Of a DNA stretch of 42,237 nt, positions 16,253 through 25,561 are shown piece after piece. The position numbers were made by a program, and so were the translations under genes. The number at the start of each line of letters is the position of its first letter. The first letter of the stretch is position 1. Below the pieces are notes generated by a model. It searched no databases. It was given only the letters and a program-made list of their open reading frames with translations, and was not told the origin of the DNA. This DNA comes from an archaeon (lineage in GTDB: Archaea; Iainarchaeota; Iainarchaeia; Iainarchaeales; JAAZKV01): contig JAVHOV010000002.1 of assembly GCA_036170245.1 (NCBI GenBank), positions 1-42,237 on the forward strand, in the 5' to 3' direction.

Positions 16253-16729
16253 TTAGTGCTTTGCTTTTTTTACTCCGCTTCCAAGTTCAGCGCTTCCTGC
16301 AACTTCAAGACTTTTCTTGATTAATCTTTCTTTTGCACTCAATGCGTCGTCTCCTTCAGCTACTTTCTTTGCTAGAACTACAGCTACATCTACTGCTGTG
16401 CCTGCTTTTGTAATTACAACATTTAATTGAGAAATGTCTTTGCTTACAGTATTTCCTCTTACAGAAATTCTTTTTCTTTCTCCTTTCTTTTTAGCTTTGA
16501 ATCCAGCTGCGTCAGAAGTTAATATTCTTCTTCTTGCAGGACCAACTATAGACTGGTTCATTGGGAATCCGTCTTTATCGCTTCCGCCGGTTATTTTTGC
16601 TTCGTAACCAGGTAGACCTATTTCGTCTAACTTTATGATTTCTCCCATTTTCTTTCCTACGAACAATTCCTGTTCTGGGCTAGCCATGTATGCTTTCCCT
16701 GTTTTTTGATCGCTCACCACTACTTTCAT
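16253..16729 (-). CDS. rps6e: 30S ribosomal protein S6e (C-terminally extended)
   Basis: KVVVSD..TGK, ITGGSDKDGFPM, GERKRISVRGN, QLNV. Start taken at MKVVV after a GGGGAG SD. Confidence 0.95.
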   Translation of the reverse strand: MKVVVSDQKTGKAYMASPEQELFVGKKMGEIIKLDEIGLPGYEAKITGGSDKDGFPMNQSIVGPARRRILTSDAAGFKAKKKGERKRISVRGNTVSKDISQLNVVITKAGTAVDVAVVLAKKVAEGDDALSAKERLIKKSLEVAGSAELGSGVKKAKH

Positions 16730-16788
16730 TATTTCTCCCCCTTGATAAATGTGATACGTATTAACAAATTTAGTCATTCGCAACGCTT

Positions 16789-18540
16789 TTATTCCTCTTC
16801 TTCAGGCATTTTTTGCTTGCTCTTGATTAAATTAAGCATTTCTTTCTCATCTTCGCTTAAGTCTGACAAATATTTTGCAATACTTGCATAGTGTGTTATT
16901 GGAATGCAAGAATACAATTTGTCTCCTTCAAATAAATTTCTTCCGACGTTCGCCCCTTCAATTGATACTGCAACTTCTTCTCCTCTTTTTGCTTCTTTAA
17001 CACTTTTTCCTTCCGACTGGATTCCTTCAATTTTTCCTATTTGTTCTCCATCTTTGTTCATTACTTTCCAGCCTTCTTTTAATTTTCCTACATTTATTCT
17101 TACTCCAACAATTGCTGGTTTAGTGTTTCTAAATACTTTTCCTCGTATTAATTCAAATTCAACTGGGAACACTAAGCAAGCCACTTCATTTTGTTTTTCA
17201 AGTTTCTTTTTCTCTTCTACCCAAGATTTATAATTTTCAATTAAATGGTAAATTACACGCTCATTAAATATTTTTATTCCTCGCTTGTCAGCTTCAGCTT
17301 GTGCATCCGAATCAACTAAAACATTAAATCCTAAAACTACTCCTAATAAAGGATTTTCTGCATTGAGCGAAGCAGCTTCCATTACATCTTTTCTTGTAAT
17401 ATTTCCTATTTCTGCTTTTCTTAAATTATAACCCTCTTTCTTTAGCAAGTTCATCATTGCTTCAAGTGACCCAATTGCATCAGCTTTGAATACTAACCCA
17501 CTGATATCTGAAACAAAGGAATGTTCTTTTAATTCTGTTTTTAATTCTTCAACTTCTTCTCCAGTTCGAACTTGTGTAAGAGTAGAACCTGCTAAAACAT
17601 CATCCAAGTTTGGTGCAGAGATTTTTACTCCGCATGCAGCTGAAACACTTTTTACTGAAGTAAATCTTTCTTTCGTTGCCCTAATTTCTTGCATTGGTTT
17701 TGGTTGCAAGAGTGCTCTTATTTTTGTTCTAATTACCCCGTTTTTTCCTAACACTGCAATTTCATCATTAACGTTTAAAGTTCCTTGGTAAAGTAAAACA
17801 TCAATTGTTTTTCCTAGCCCCTTTTCTTCTTTTGATTCAAGCACCGCAGCTTTTGCTGTTTCTTCTATACTGATTTCAAGTTTCTTTTCTAAATATTTTT
17901 GTGATAAACCTGCCAAAAGTGTAATTAATTCAGCAAGTCCTTCTCGAGTGTGAGCGGAGCAAGGAACCATTGGTATTTGTTTTCCAAAAGCACATCTGTC
18001 ATATCTTTCCCCTTCAAATCCGTACTTGTAAAGTTCTCCGACAATAGTGTATAATTTTTCATCAAAAAGTTGCTGACTTCTTGCGTCCTGATTTTTTATG
18101 TTATCAATAAAATTTCCTTCTTTTGAAGAGTAAAAAGGAAGTAAATCAATTTTTGTCAAAGCAATTACAAACGGAACCTTGTAAGCTCTTAGTATTTCAA
18201 TTGCTTCCACTGTTTGTGGTTGAATTCCTTGTGTGATATCAATTACCAAAATTGCAAGGTCTGCAATTCCTCCCCCTCTTTTTCTAAGGTTAGTAAATGC
18301 TTCATGCCCAGGAGTATCAATAAATAATAACCCAGGTATAGTTAAATTAAATCCAAATTTTTTGATCAATGGCCCAGCAACAGTTTGAATTGCGTCAATT
18401 GGAACTTCAGTTGCACCAATGTGCTGGGTGATTGCCCCAGCTTCTTTTGAAGCAACTCTAGTATTTCTAATTGCATCAAGTAGCGAAGTTTTACCATGGT
18501 CAACGTGACCTAAAACTGTAATTATTGGTTGACGTATCAT
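16789..18540 (-). CDS. infB: Translation initiation factor aIF5B (IF2)
   Basis: IRQPIITVLGHVDHGKT, ITQHIGAT, FIDTPGHEAFTNLRKRGG; no intein evident. Confidence 0.97.
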   Translation of the reverse strand: MIRQPIITVLGHVDHGKTSLLDAIRNTRVASKEAGAITQHIGATEVPIDAIQTVAGPLIKKFGFNLTIPGLLFIDTPGHEAFTNLRKRGGGIADLAILVIDITQGIQPQTVEAIEILRAYKVPFVIALTKIDLLPFYSSKEGNFIDNIKNQDARSQQLFDEKLYTIVGELYKYGFEGERYDRCAFGKQIPMVPCSAHTREGLAELITLLAGLSQKYLEKKLEISIEETAKAAVLESKEEKGLGKTIDVLLYQGTLNVNDEIAVLGKNGVIRTKIRALLQPKPMQEIRATKERFTSVKSVSAACGVKISAPNLDDVLAGSTLTQVRTGEEVEELKTELKEHSFVSDISGLVFKADAIGSLEAMMNLLKKEGYNLRKAEIGNITRKDVMEAASLNAENPLLGVVLGFNVLVDSDAQAEADKRGIKIFNERVIYHLIENYKSWVEEKKKLEKQNEVACLVFPVEFELIRGKVFRNTKPAIVGVRINVGKLKEGWKVMNKDGEQIGKIEGIQSEGKSVKEAKRGEEVAVSIEGANVGRNLFEGDKLYSCIPITHYASIAKYLSDLSEDEKEMLNLIKSKQKMPEEEE

Positions 18541-18569
18541 ATACATTCACTTTTCTATTTTTTTTATTT

Positions 18570-19022
18570 TTATTTCCTAATTGCTTCAAGTGCAATTTCT
18601 TTCACACTTTTGTGCAAAAAATCTTTGTGATTTTTTCCTGTTAAAAAATAATTTTGATCCTCTAAATCATTTTCAAATATTTCTTTTTTTTCAAAAAATC
18701 TATTTATTTCATATTTTGCTGTTTCTTCATTTAGTGAAACATGAATATCATCACTAAATTCTTTTTTTAAACGCTGGCCAATATTAATTGCATTTTCTCC
18801 TTGCGCTATTACTAATACACAAGGAATTTTTTCTGCTGCTTTCATTTCAACTATTTTTTCCTCGCTTTTTTCTTCCAATATTTTTCTCTCAAACGAATGA
18901 ATATCAAAATTCATTGTTTTTACTGCAACTATTGTAATATTTTCATTTTCAATTTTTGTGATTATTAAACCAAGTGCTTTTTTTGCGATTGCACTTGGCT
19001 TGATAATAATTAATGTTTTCAA
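18570..19022 (-). CDS. Degenerate nucleoside-diphosphate-kinase-like protein
   Basis: TLIIIKPSA...LG.II.KIE...GENAI...IHVS..EETAKYEINRFF mirrors the Ndk N- and C-termini but lacks the Kpn-loop/GTIRGD segment. Confidence 0.7.
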   Translation of the reverse strand: MKTLIIIKPSAIAKKALGLIITKIENENITIVAVKTMNFDIHSFERKILEEKSEEKIVEMKAAEKIPCVLVIAQGENAINIGQRLKKEFSDDIHVSLNEETAKYEINRFFEKKEIFENDLEDQNYFLTGKNHKDFLHKSVKEIALEAIRK

Positions 19023-19570
19023 ATTTTCTCGCCTTTTAATGGTGTTTTGCCTTTTTGTGGATTAGTTTTATTCACTTTGTAATGCAAAATATGAACATCA
19101 TTCACGTTAGAGTAATTGTGTAACTCTTCAGGAATAAACCACAATGCAATTTCATTTTTTGCTTCATCTCTGTTTCCTGAAGCATGCACTACATTTCTTA
19201 CTGCTTGGTTTACTTCATCCGAATAAGCAATACTTACATGCGCATAGTCTCCTCGAATGGTTCCTGGCATTGCACTTTTTGGTTCTGTTGTTCCGCATAA
19301 TTTTCTTACAACTTCAACAGCATCTATTCCTTCAAGAACTACTGCCACAACTGGGCCCATTGTAATCATTTCCATTAATGCATCAAATACTTTCTGTCCG
19401 TGTCTTGCTTTAATATCAGAATAATGTTTTTCTGCAAACATTTCATTTATCCAAGTCATTTTTAGTCCGACTATTTTTAGTCCAACATTTTCAAATCTTT
19501 TTAAAATTTCTCCGGTAAGTCCTCGTTGTACTCCATCAGGTTTTACTAAAACTAATGTTCTTTCAATCAT
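19019..19570 (-). CDS. ndk: Nucleoside diphosphate kinase
   Basis: ERTLVLVKPDGVQRGL, PGTIRGDY, NVVHAS (catalytic His), EIALWF. Confidence 0.97.
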   Translation of the reverse strand: MIERTLVLVKPDGVQRGLTGEILKRFENVGLKIVGLKMTWINEMFAEKHYSDIKARHGQKVFDALMEMITMGPVVAVVLEGIDAVEVVRKLCGTTEPKSAMPGTIRGDYAHVSIAYSDEVNQAVRNVVHASGNRDEAKNEIALWFIPEELHNYSNVNDVHILHYKVNKTNPQKGKTPLKGEKI

Positions 19571-19634
19571 TAACCTCACCAATCCCCTTTTTCCAACTTT
19601 TCTTCTTTTTTAAAAAAAATTAAAGGAAACAAGC

Positions 19635-19865
19635 TTAATTTTTAGCTTGTTCCTTTGTTTCTTGTTTTCCTTTTGCTGACATTAGTGTCTTCTTCAGCTT
19701 TATGTACGCTTCAGTCCATTTTGTTTTAACAGGTTTTCTGCCTAAAACAATTTGGTTTTTTTCGCACTTGTTAGAGCAAAAATAAAACACTGTGCCTTCT
19801 TTCTTAGCGAATAATTTTCCTCCGCCTACGGGAAGATCTTTTCCGCAAAAACTGCACTTAACCAT
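19635..19865 (-). CDS. rpl24e: 50S ribosomal protein L24e
   Basis: CSFCG...G...FCSNKCEKN...RKP...KWT. Confidence 0.96.
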   Translation of the reverse strand: MVKCSFCGKDLPVGGGKLFAKKEGTVFYFCSNKCEKNQIVLGRKPVKTKWTEAYIKLKKTLMSAKGKQETKEQAKN

Positions 19866-19880
19866 TTTTATTCACTCCTT

Positions 19881-20093
19881 TTACCTTGTCTTAATTTCTT
19901 TTGCTTCTCTTTCAGTGTCTAAAAGAATTATTATGTCTCCTTTTTGTACACTGCCTCTTGCATTTCTTCTTTTTACTCTTCCTTTTTCAGGTCCGTCCAT
20001 AATCTTGCAGAGGATTTGTGTTACTTCTCCGTGAACGCCGGTCTTTTTTACAACTTCTACAATTTCTGCAGGAGTTCCTCTCTCGTCACCCAT
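19881..20093 (-). CDS. rps28e: 30S ribosomal protein S28e
   Basis: TGVHGEVTQ...RNARGSVQKGDIIILLDTEREA. Confidence 0.96.
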   Translation of the reverse strand: MGDERGTPAEIVEVVKKTGVHGEVTQILCKIMDGPEKGRVKRRNARGSVQKGDIIILLDTEREAKEIKTR

Positions 20094-20112
20094 TTTTTAT
20101 CCCTCCACAATT

Positions 20113-20472
20113 TTACTTCTTTAATTCAGCAATTTTCTTTGCTAAATCTTTAATATCAGCTTCAGCGTCAGATTCAATTATTGCAATTGAAGCAGTTGCT
20201 GTTCTCAACCCAGCTTTTTCACCTAGATCTTTTCTAGTTGATATATAGCTGTATGGAATATTTTTTTCTTCGCACAAAATTGGCAAGTGCATTACTACTT
20301 CAGCTGGACTTACGTCTTCAGCTATTACTACTAGTTTTGCATTTCCTCTTTCAATTGCTTTTGTTACTTCGTTTATTCCTGCTTTGATCTTTCCTTTTTT
20401 AGATTTTTCTACTATACCAACAGTCATATCTCTCAATTCGTCTGTTAGCTCTACTTTTACATATGCCGCCAT
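20113..20472 (-). CDS. rpl7ae: 50S ribosomal protein L7Ae
   Basis: GINEVTKAIERG.AKLVVIAEDVSP.EVV.HLP.LCEEKNIPY. Confidence 0.97.
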   Translation of the reverse strand: MAAYVKVELTDELRDMTVGIVEKSKKGKIKAGINEVTKAIERGNAKLVVIAEDVSPAEVVMHLPILCEEKNIPYSYISTRKDLGEKAGLRTATASIAIIESDAEADIKDLAKKIAELKK

Positions 20473-20540
20473 TAAAATCTCCTCCGCGTCAGTTGTCTAA
20501 AAATCAGCACTAGAACTTAGAGTTAAATTAACTCAATTTC

Positions 20541-20572
20541 CCTCGGCTGACTTTAAACATCAGCTTCATTGG
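20541..20572 (-). promoter_or_regulatory. Kink-turn in the rpl7ae 5' UTR (probable L7Ae autoregulatory site)
   Basis: Minus strand CC-AAU-GAA-GCUGA-loop-UCAGC-CGA-GG: C-stem, 3-nt bulge, tandem G.A/A.G pairs and a 5-bp NC stem. Confidence 0.75.
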
Positions 20573-20716
20573 CAATAAATTAACACAAAAAGTAAACTTT
20601 TTGTGACAGTCGAAGTCCATTTTGGACTTCTTCTTAGCCTTGAAACTATGAAATAATTCCTCTTAGAAACCTTTAAAAATGTGGTTCTTGAAGGGAAAAA
20701 TAGGTTTGGCTCAAGA

Positions 20717-20911
20717 CTAATCTTTCAAGTTCAAGCTCATTTAAATTTCGCCTGGTTGCAGTTTTCAAATAATATTAGAAGTTTCAACCTTGAACCCAAA
20801 AGATTTATATTTCTTAATTGTACCCAAATTCCCTTTATCGCCATTAAGCACAATTCTTTTTGCATCAATTTGTTTTTGCATTAAATCTGCACTACTTAAA
20901 TATTCTTTTTT
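20717..20911 (-). pseudogene. Probable GNAT acetyltransferase remnant
   Basis: One minus frame reads KKEYLSSADLMQKQIDAKRIVLNGDKGNLGTIKKYKSFGFKVETSNII*KLQPGEI*MSLNLKD*. Resembles the GNAT C-terminal N..A...Y...GF motif, with two internal stops. Confidence 0.4.
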
Positions 20912-20994
20912 TTAAAAACAAATGGTTAAATTTTAGCACGCTTAAACTTTTAGGAAAAATTTTAACTCTTTTGACTAAAGCACGTTTTATTTTT

Positions 20995-22659
20995 TCACTC
21001 GTGTGCAAATACTAATTTTATTTGATGTTGAGTTTTTTCTTCAATATTAGCGTAACCAATTCCTTCAATTCTAATTACCCCGTTTTCTTCTAAAATATTT
21101 TTTGTGGTAATTCCTCTCTTAATTGTCCCGTCACTCATTAGTATTTCAATATCAACTGAATCAATTATCCAAGATAAAATCGGATTTGGAGTTTTCATAT
21201 ATGAAATAAATGTTGCTCGTGCACCAAATTCATTTATTTCATCAAGTTTAATGTTGAACGCTTTTTTCAATCGAACCATTCCACCAACTTTGTTTTTCAT
21301 TAATTCTTTTTTATTTACTAAGAACTTTTGTATACCGCCTTTAAACTTTTGGTGCTCTCCGTGTCCTTCTACTTCTCCTTCAACCATATTAATTACTTCT
21401 AAAGGAACTATTTCTTCAAAATAAGGATATTCATTTACTTCGCCCAAAAATAATTTATTTGCAGCAGCAAATGCATCTGTAGAAATTTTTACTTCTTTTA
21501 AACTTAAACCACAGTCAAGAATTATTTTTCTAATAGCTTCTGGTTTGAACCCTCTTCTTCTAAATGCTTTTATTGTAGCCATTCGAGGATCATCATATCG
21601 TTCAACTCCAAGAGAATCCATGATTAATTTCATTTTGCTTTTTGATAAAGTCATATCCCCAAGTTTTGAAATTTTTCCATGATAGTAGCAGTGAGGGTAT
21701 TCCCAGTTAAAGTATGAGTAGAGTTCTTTTTGTTTGTCTCCGTTTGTCATGTGTTCTTGTCCCCTAATTATCAAATTTACATTCATATCATGATCGTCAA
21801 TTGCACTTGCTAAATTGTATGATGGCCAAACGTGATTGTTTCGCGCCTTTGGATTAGGATGTTCTACGACATCAACTACTTTTGCAATCCACCAGTCTCT
21901 TTCGCTTGGATCAGGATTATCTAAATTAGTTTTTATTCTAACAACTGCTTGTTCTTCTTTTATTTCGTGCGCAAGCATTTTCTTAAAATCAGTTAATTGT
22001 TCGCTAGTTTTTCTTCCTCTGCAGGGGCAAGCCTTTGATTCCCAAATTAATTTTCTCCAAGATTCAGATTCACAGGAGCAGATATATGCTTTGTCCATTT
22101 TTATTAATTGTTCAATTATTTCATAATACCTGTCAAGTCGATCGCTAGCATTGCATGTTTCGTGAAACTTTACGCCTAACCAATTGTAATCATTAATAAA
22201 ATCTTTTTCAATTCCAGGTACAGGTTTTTTTACTTTTGGATCAGTATCATCAAATCTTAAAATAAATTTCCCATTATATTTTTTTACATACTCATCAGTT
22301 AAAACTGATGGTCGAGCGTGCCCAAAGTGCATTGCTCCGCTTGGGTTTGGCGCAACTCGTGTAATTATTTTTGTAGTGGGAGTAACCCAATCTAGTTCTG
22401 CTAAAGTTTTTTCTTTTGTTTCGTGTTTTAGTTCCCAGCCTTCGGCATTAAATTTTGAGTATTCAGAATTTAGCATATCCTTATGCATCTTGTTTGCATT
22501 ATTCACTGCCTCGGTAATTTGAGGCATTACAGTTTTTAGATCAATTTCAGGAAATAAAGCTTTTACTTTTCCAACAACTGCACCCATTTGTGCTTTGCCA
22601 TCATGCTCAAAAGCATTTTTTACAGCATACTTGTAAGCAACTTGTTTTACTTCATCCAT
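20995..22659 (-). CDS. gltX: Glutamyl-tRNA synthetase (archaeal type)
   Basis: TRVAPNPSGAMHFGH (HIGH motif), LRFDDTDP, IRGQEH, LSKSK (KMSKS equivalent), DDPRMAT..AFRRRG. Confidence 0.95.
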   Translation of the reverse strand: MDEVKQVAYKYAVKNAFEHDGKAQMGAVVGKVKALFPEIDLKTVMPQITEAVNNANKMHKDMLNSEYSKFNAEGWELKHETKEKTLAELDWVTPTTKIITRVAPNPSGAMHFGHARPSVLTDEYVKKYNGKFILRFDDTDPKVKKPVPGIEKDFINDYNWLGVKFHETCNASDRLDRYYEIIEQLIKMDKAYICSCESESWRKLIWESKACPCRGRKTSEQLTDFKKMLAHEIKEEQAVVRIKTNLDNPDPSERDWWIAKVVDVVEHPNPKARNNHVWPSYNLASAIDDHDMNVNLIIRGQEHMTNGDKQKELYSYFNWEYPHCYYHGKISKLGDMTLSKSKMKLIMDSLGVERYDDPRMATIKAFRRRGFKPEAIRKIILDCGLSLKEVKISTDAFAAANKLFLGEVNEYPYFEEIVPLEVINMVEGEVEGHGEHQKFKGGIQKFLVNKKELMKNKVGGMVRLKKAFNIKLDEINEFGARATFISYMKTPNPILSWIIDSVDIEILMSDGTIKRGITTKNILEENGVIRIEGIGYANIEEKTQHQIKLVFAHE

Positions 22660-22719
22660 AAGAATTATTTTTAGAAAGAATTATTTAAGAGGGTTTGTTT
22701 TTTAAAAAAGAATTGATTT

Positions 22720-23457
22720 TTAGTATTTCTTTCCTTTTTCCCAGTAATTGTCAAAGTAGTGTGTTAAAGCATTTGCCATTGGCAAGTGATCATTCATTAT
22801 AGTAAAGTGATAATCAGGTCTATCTTTCTTAAAATCGCTTATTGCCATTACAACTTTTTTTCCGTCAATTATAAATGCATTCAGTCCGTGATTGAATTGT
22901 CGAACTTCAGAACAATTCTTCAACCTTTTTGATATAGTTGAATTTAATAATTTTATTGTGACATTTTTATCTTTTGCTCGCATTAGTGCATCATGAATTA
23001 TATCATGTTCATCAGTTATTTCTGTTAGCCCTTGTATTGATTTATTTGCTTTTAATAATTCTTGCCCCAAAATTCTTTCAAAATCTTGTTTGTCTTTTAC
23101 TTTCATTACTTTCTCTCCACCTTCTTCTTTATCAGTGGATTCAATAATATTGTCTTTCACAATTATTGCTTCTTTTTGAAGTTCATCAAACTGGATTTTT
23201 TTTCCTAAAATTAGTAAGTCAATTGCTTTTTGTGCTTCTACAGCCCGGTATAATTTTGGTCTCCCGTTTATTTCAATAATTAAATTTTTTTGCATTAGTT
23301 TTTCTAAAACATCATACACTCTTGTTTTTGGAACTTGCGCAGTTCGAGAAATTTCTGGAGCTTCAGCTTCTTTTAGATTAAATAAAGTGCCTAGGGTCTT
23401 TGCTTCATATTCAGTAAGACCTAGTTTTTCAAGTAAAGAATAAGTTTCTGAGTCCAT
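22720..23457 (-). CDS. TrmB-family transcriptional regulator/chromatin protein (TrmBL-like)
   Basis: LGLTEYEAK...A.EISRTAQVPKTRVYDVLEKL..K.LI...GRPKLY. Confidence 0.9.
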   Translation of the reverse strand: MDSETYSLLEKLGLTEYEAKTLGTLFNLKEAEAPEISRTAQVPKTRVYDVLEKLMQKNLIIEINGRPKLYRAVEAQKAIDLLILGKKIQFDELQKEAIIVKDNIIESTDKEEGGEKVMKVKDKQDFERILGQELLKANKSIQGLTEITDEHDIIHDALMRAKDKNVTIKLLNSTISKRLKNCSEVRQFNHGLNAFIIDGKKVVMAISDFKKDRPDYHFTIMNDHLPMANALTHYFDNYWEKGKKY

Positions 23458-23580
23458 CTCTAAAACACCGCTTTTTTGGTAAATTATACTACATATATTA
23501 GATCAAACAAGTATTTAAATTTACTTTATTACGTTAATTAGGGTAGTTTAAAATAAAAAAATTTGAGAAAAAGAGAAAAT

Positions 23581-24318
23581 TTAGTCTCTTCTTCTTCTGT
23601 TTCCAGTTGGTCTTCTTGCAAACCTAGAAACTGTTCGCTTTGGCTTCTCTTCTTGAGTCTCATCGATTTCTTGTTCGAAGTCGCTTACTTGAGCAGTAAA
23701 TGCTTCTCTTGATATTTCTTTTCTTTCAACTAGTATTTCTCTAGTTAGTAAGTAGTATATCAAAGCTAAAGCCTTTCTTCCTTTGTTGTTTGCTGGTATT
23801 ACCAAGTCAACGTTTTTCAAAGGAGAATCGCTTCCAGCTATTGCTATTACTGGGATTCCAACTTCAGTAGCTTCTTTCAGAGCTTGTGAGTCTGCTATTG
23901 GATCAGTTACTATAACAATTTTTGGTTCGTAAAATATTCTTGCTTGTGGGTTTGTAAAAGTTCCTGGTATGAATCTTCCTACAAATTCCTTAGCTCCAAT
24001 CATTGCAGCCATTTTTCTTGCTGGTTTATGACCGTATAATCTTCTTGCTAGAACAACTATTTCTTTTCCATTGTATTTTGCAAGCATTTTTGAAATCATT
24101 CTGATTCTTTGATCGATTGTTTCAATATTAAAAACCATTAAACCATCTTTTCTTCTCTTAAAGATGTGTCTTTTCATTTCTCCGGTCTTGAATTTTGTTC
24201 CGATGTGTACTCCGCTCTTTAGGTACGTTTCTATATCTATCAAAAGATCTTTTCCTCTGTAGAATTCTGTTTCATCAAATTCTTGTCTTTTTTCTTTTCC
24301 AACTGTTTTTTCGTCCAT
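23581..24318 (-). CDS. rps2: 30S ribosomal protein S2
   Basis: YLKSGVHIGTK, GRFIPGTFTNP, DLVIPANNKGRKAL. Confidence 0.97.
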   Translation of the reverse strand: MDEKTVGKEKRQEFDETEFYRGKDLLIDIETYLKSGVHIGTKFKTGEMKRHIFKRRKDGLMVFNIETIDQRIRMISKMLAKYNGKEIVVLARRLYGHKPARKMAAMIGAKEFVGRFIPGTFTNPQARIFYEPKIVIVTDPIADSQALKEATEVGIPVIAIAGSDSPLKNVDLVIPANNKGRKALALIYYLLTREILVERKEISREAFTAQVSDFEQEIDETQEEKPKRTVSRFARRPTGNRRRRD

Positions 24319-24366
24319 AGCATCACATCTTCAAAATTTATTCTTAAAAATACTCTAAATTCTCCT

Positions 24367-24561
24367 TTATTTGTTAAATTTCATTATATCATCTATCGTT
24401 TCTGCGTGAGTTAGAATCATTTTTCTGCAGCAGTACTTCTTAACACCTAAATCGTCAAGAACTTTTCCGGCAGCCTCTCCTTTTTGTGTTCTTTCCTTAA
24501 ATTCTTCGTAGAATCCACCAAGGACCTTACCGCATGAAAAGCATCTTACTGGCATTATCAT
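24367..24561 (-). CDS. rpoN: DNA-directed RNA polymerase subunit N (Rpo10)
   Basis: [12 protein letters not shown]...[14 protein letters not shown]. Confidence 0.97.
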   Translation of the reverse strand: MIMPVRCFSCGKVLGGFYEEFKERTQKGEAAGKVLDDLGVKKYCCRKMILTHAETIDDIMKFNK

Positions 24562-24656
24562 TTTCTCACCACACAACTCTCTTTTTTTCTAAATAAACAA
24601 AAATCTCTTCCAAATACTTTTTCCAACCAAAAAATGGAAGGAAAAGCAAAAGAATT

Positions 24657-25091
24657 TTATCTTTTGCTTTTTTGTTTTTTCTTTCTTGCCTTTCTACCTA
24701 GAGGCTTCTTGCTTTCTACTCTTCTTACATCATCAACAAGCAATGTTCTATCATATGCGGTAAATATGTCTTTGAGTTTCTTTCCTTTTGCTTTAACTAA
24801 TGCTTTTGCAATACATGATCGTACAGCAACAGCTTGGCTCATGAATCCTGAACCTTTAACATTAATATCAATATTGAATTCTTTTAGGGTTTCTCCAGCT
24901 AATCTTACAGGTTCTAAAAGCAATTCTTTTACATACCCTTTAGCGTAAGCGTGGATGTTCATTCCGTTAATTTTTATTGTACCGTTTCCTTTTCGAATTA
25001 CTGCTCTTGCAGTGGCACTCTTCTTTTTTGCTTTCACAATCATTCCAGCCTTTTTTGCAGCTGGTTTTAATTTTTTATTGTCTTCTTCCAT
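24657..25091 (-). CDS. rps9: 30S ribosomal protein S9
   Basis: KKKSATARA...G.G.IKING...YDRTLLVDD.RR.E.KK...AR...QKSKR. Confidence 0.96.
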   Translation of the reverse strand: MEEDNKKLKPAAKKAGMIVKAKKKSATARAVIRKGNGTIKINGMNIHAYAKGYVKELLLEPVRLAGETLKEFNIDINVKGSGFMSQAVAVRSCIAKALVKAKGKKLKDIFTAYDRTLLVDDVRRVESKKPLGRKARKKKQKSKR

Positions 25092-25108
25092 TCTTTAACA
25101 CCCTAAAT

Positions 25109-25531
25109 TTACCATCTTCCACCGATTAATAGAGCTACATCTTTTAATGTCATGTAGTTATTTCTGTGGTTGAACTTTACATCTTCAAATGTAATTGCTT
25201 CTTTTTCATCAATTCCTTTTGCAGAACCGTTAAAAACTTTTAACTGTTTGATTATTCTTACTTTTGCTTGCTTTTTTGTAGGAAGCATGTTTCTTACCAT
25301 TCTTCTAAACATTTTGCTTGGAACTCTGTCATATTTTGGTCCAAAATGAGGGTTTGATAGAACTGCTGCATCAACTTTTACAGTGAACTTATCTACTATA
25401 CTTTTTTTGTTTCCTACTATTACTAAGTCCTGCGCATTTATTACAGTTACGCTTTCGCCTTTACACATTGCCTTAGCAACTTTACTTGCAAGTCTTCCTG
25501 CAACTAGTTCATTCGCATTTACTACCATCAT
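25109..25531 (-). CDS. rpl13: 50S ribosomal protein L13
   Basis: VVNA..LVAGRLASKVAK...GP...P..MFRR.VRNMLP. Confidence 0.95.
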   Translation of the reverse strand: MMVVNANELVAGRLASKVAKAMCKGESVTVINAQDLVIVGNKKSIVDKFTVKVDAAVLSNPHFGPKYDRVPSKMFRRMVRNMLPTKKQAKVRIIKQLKVFNGSAKGIDEKEAITFEDVKFNHRNNYMTLKDVALLIGGRW

Positions 25532-25561
25532 ACTAACACCATCAAATAAATTTCATTTTTT

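Noticed and set aside
14913..20570. 10-nt match CAGCTTCATT between the aIF2gamma insert and the L7Ae K-turn strand
   Set aside because: No partner GA strand or flanking stems found in the aIF2gamma copy; likely chance.
20681..20884. 67-aa plus-strand ORF in the gltX-rpl7ae gap
   Set aside because: No recognisable features; the opposite strand gives a better explanation (GNAT-like remnant).
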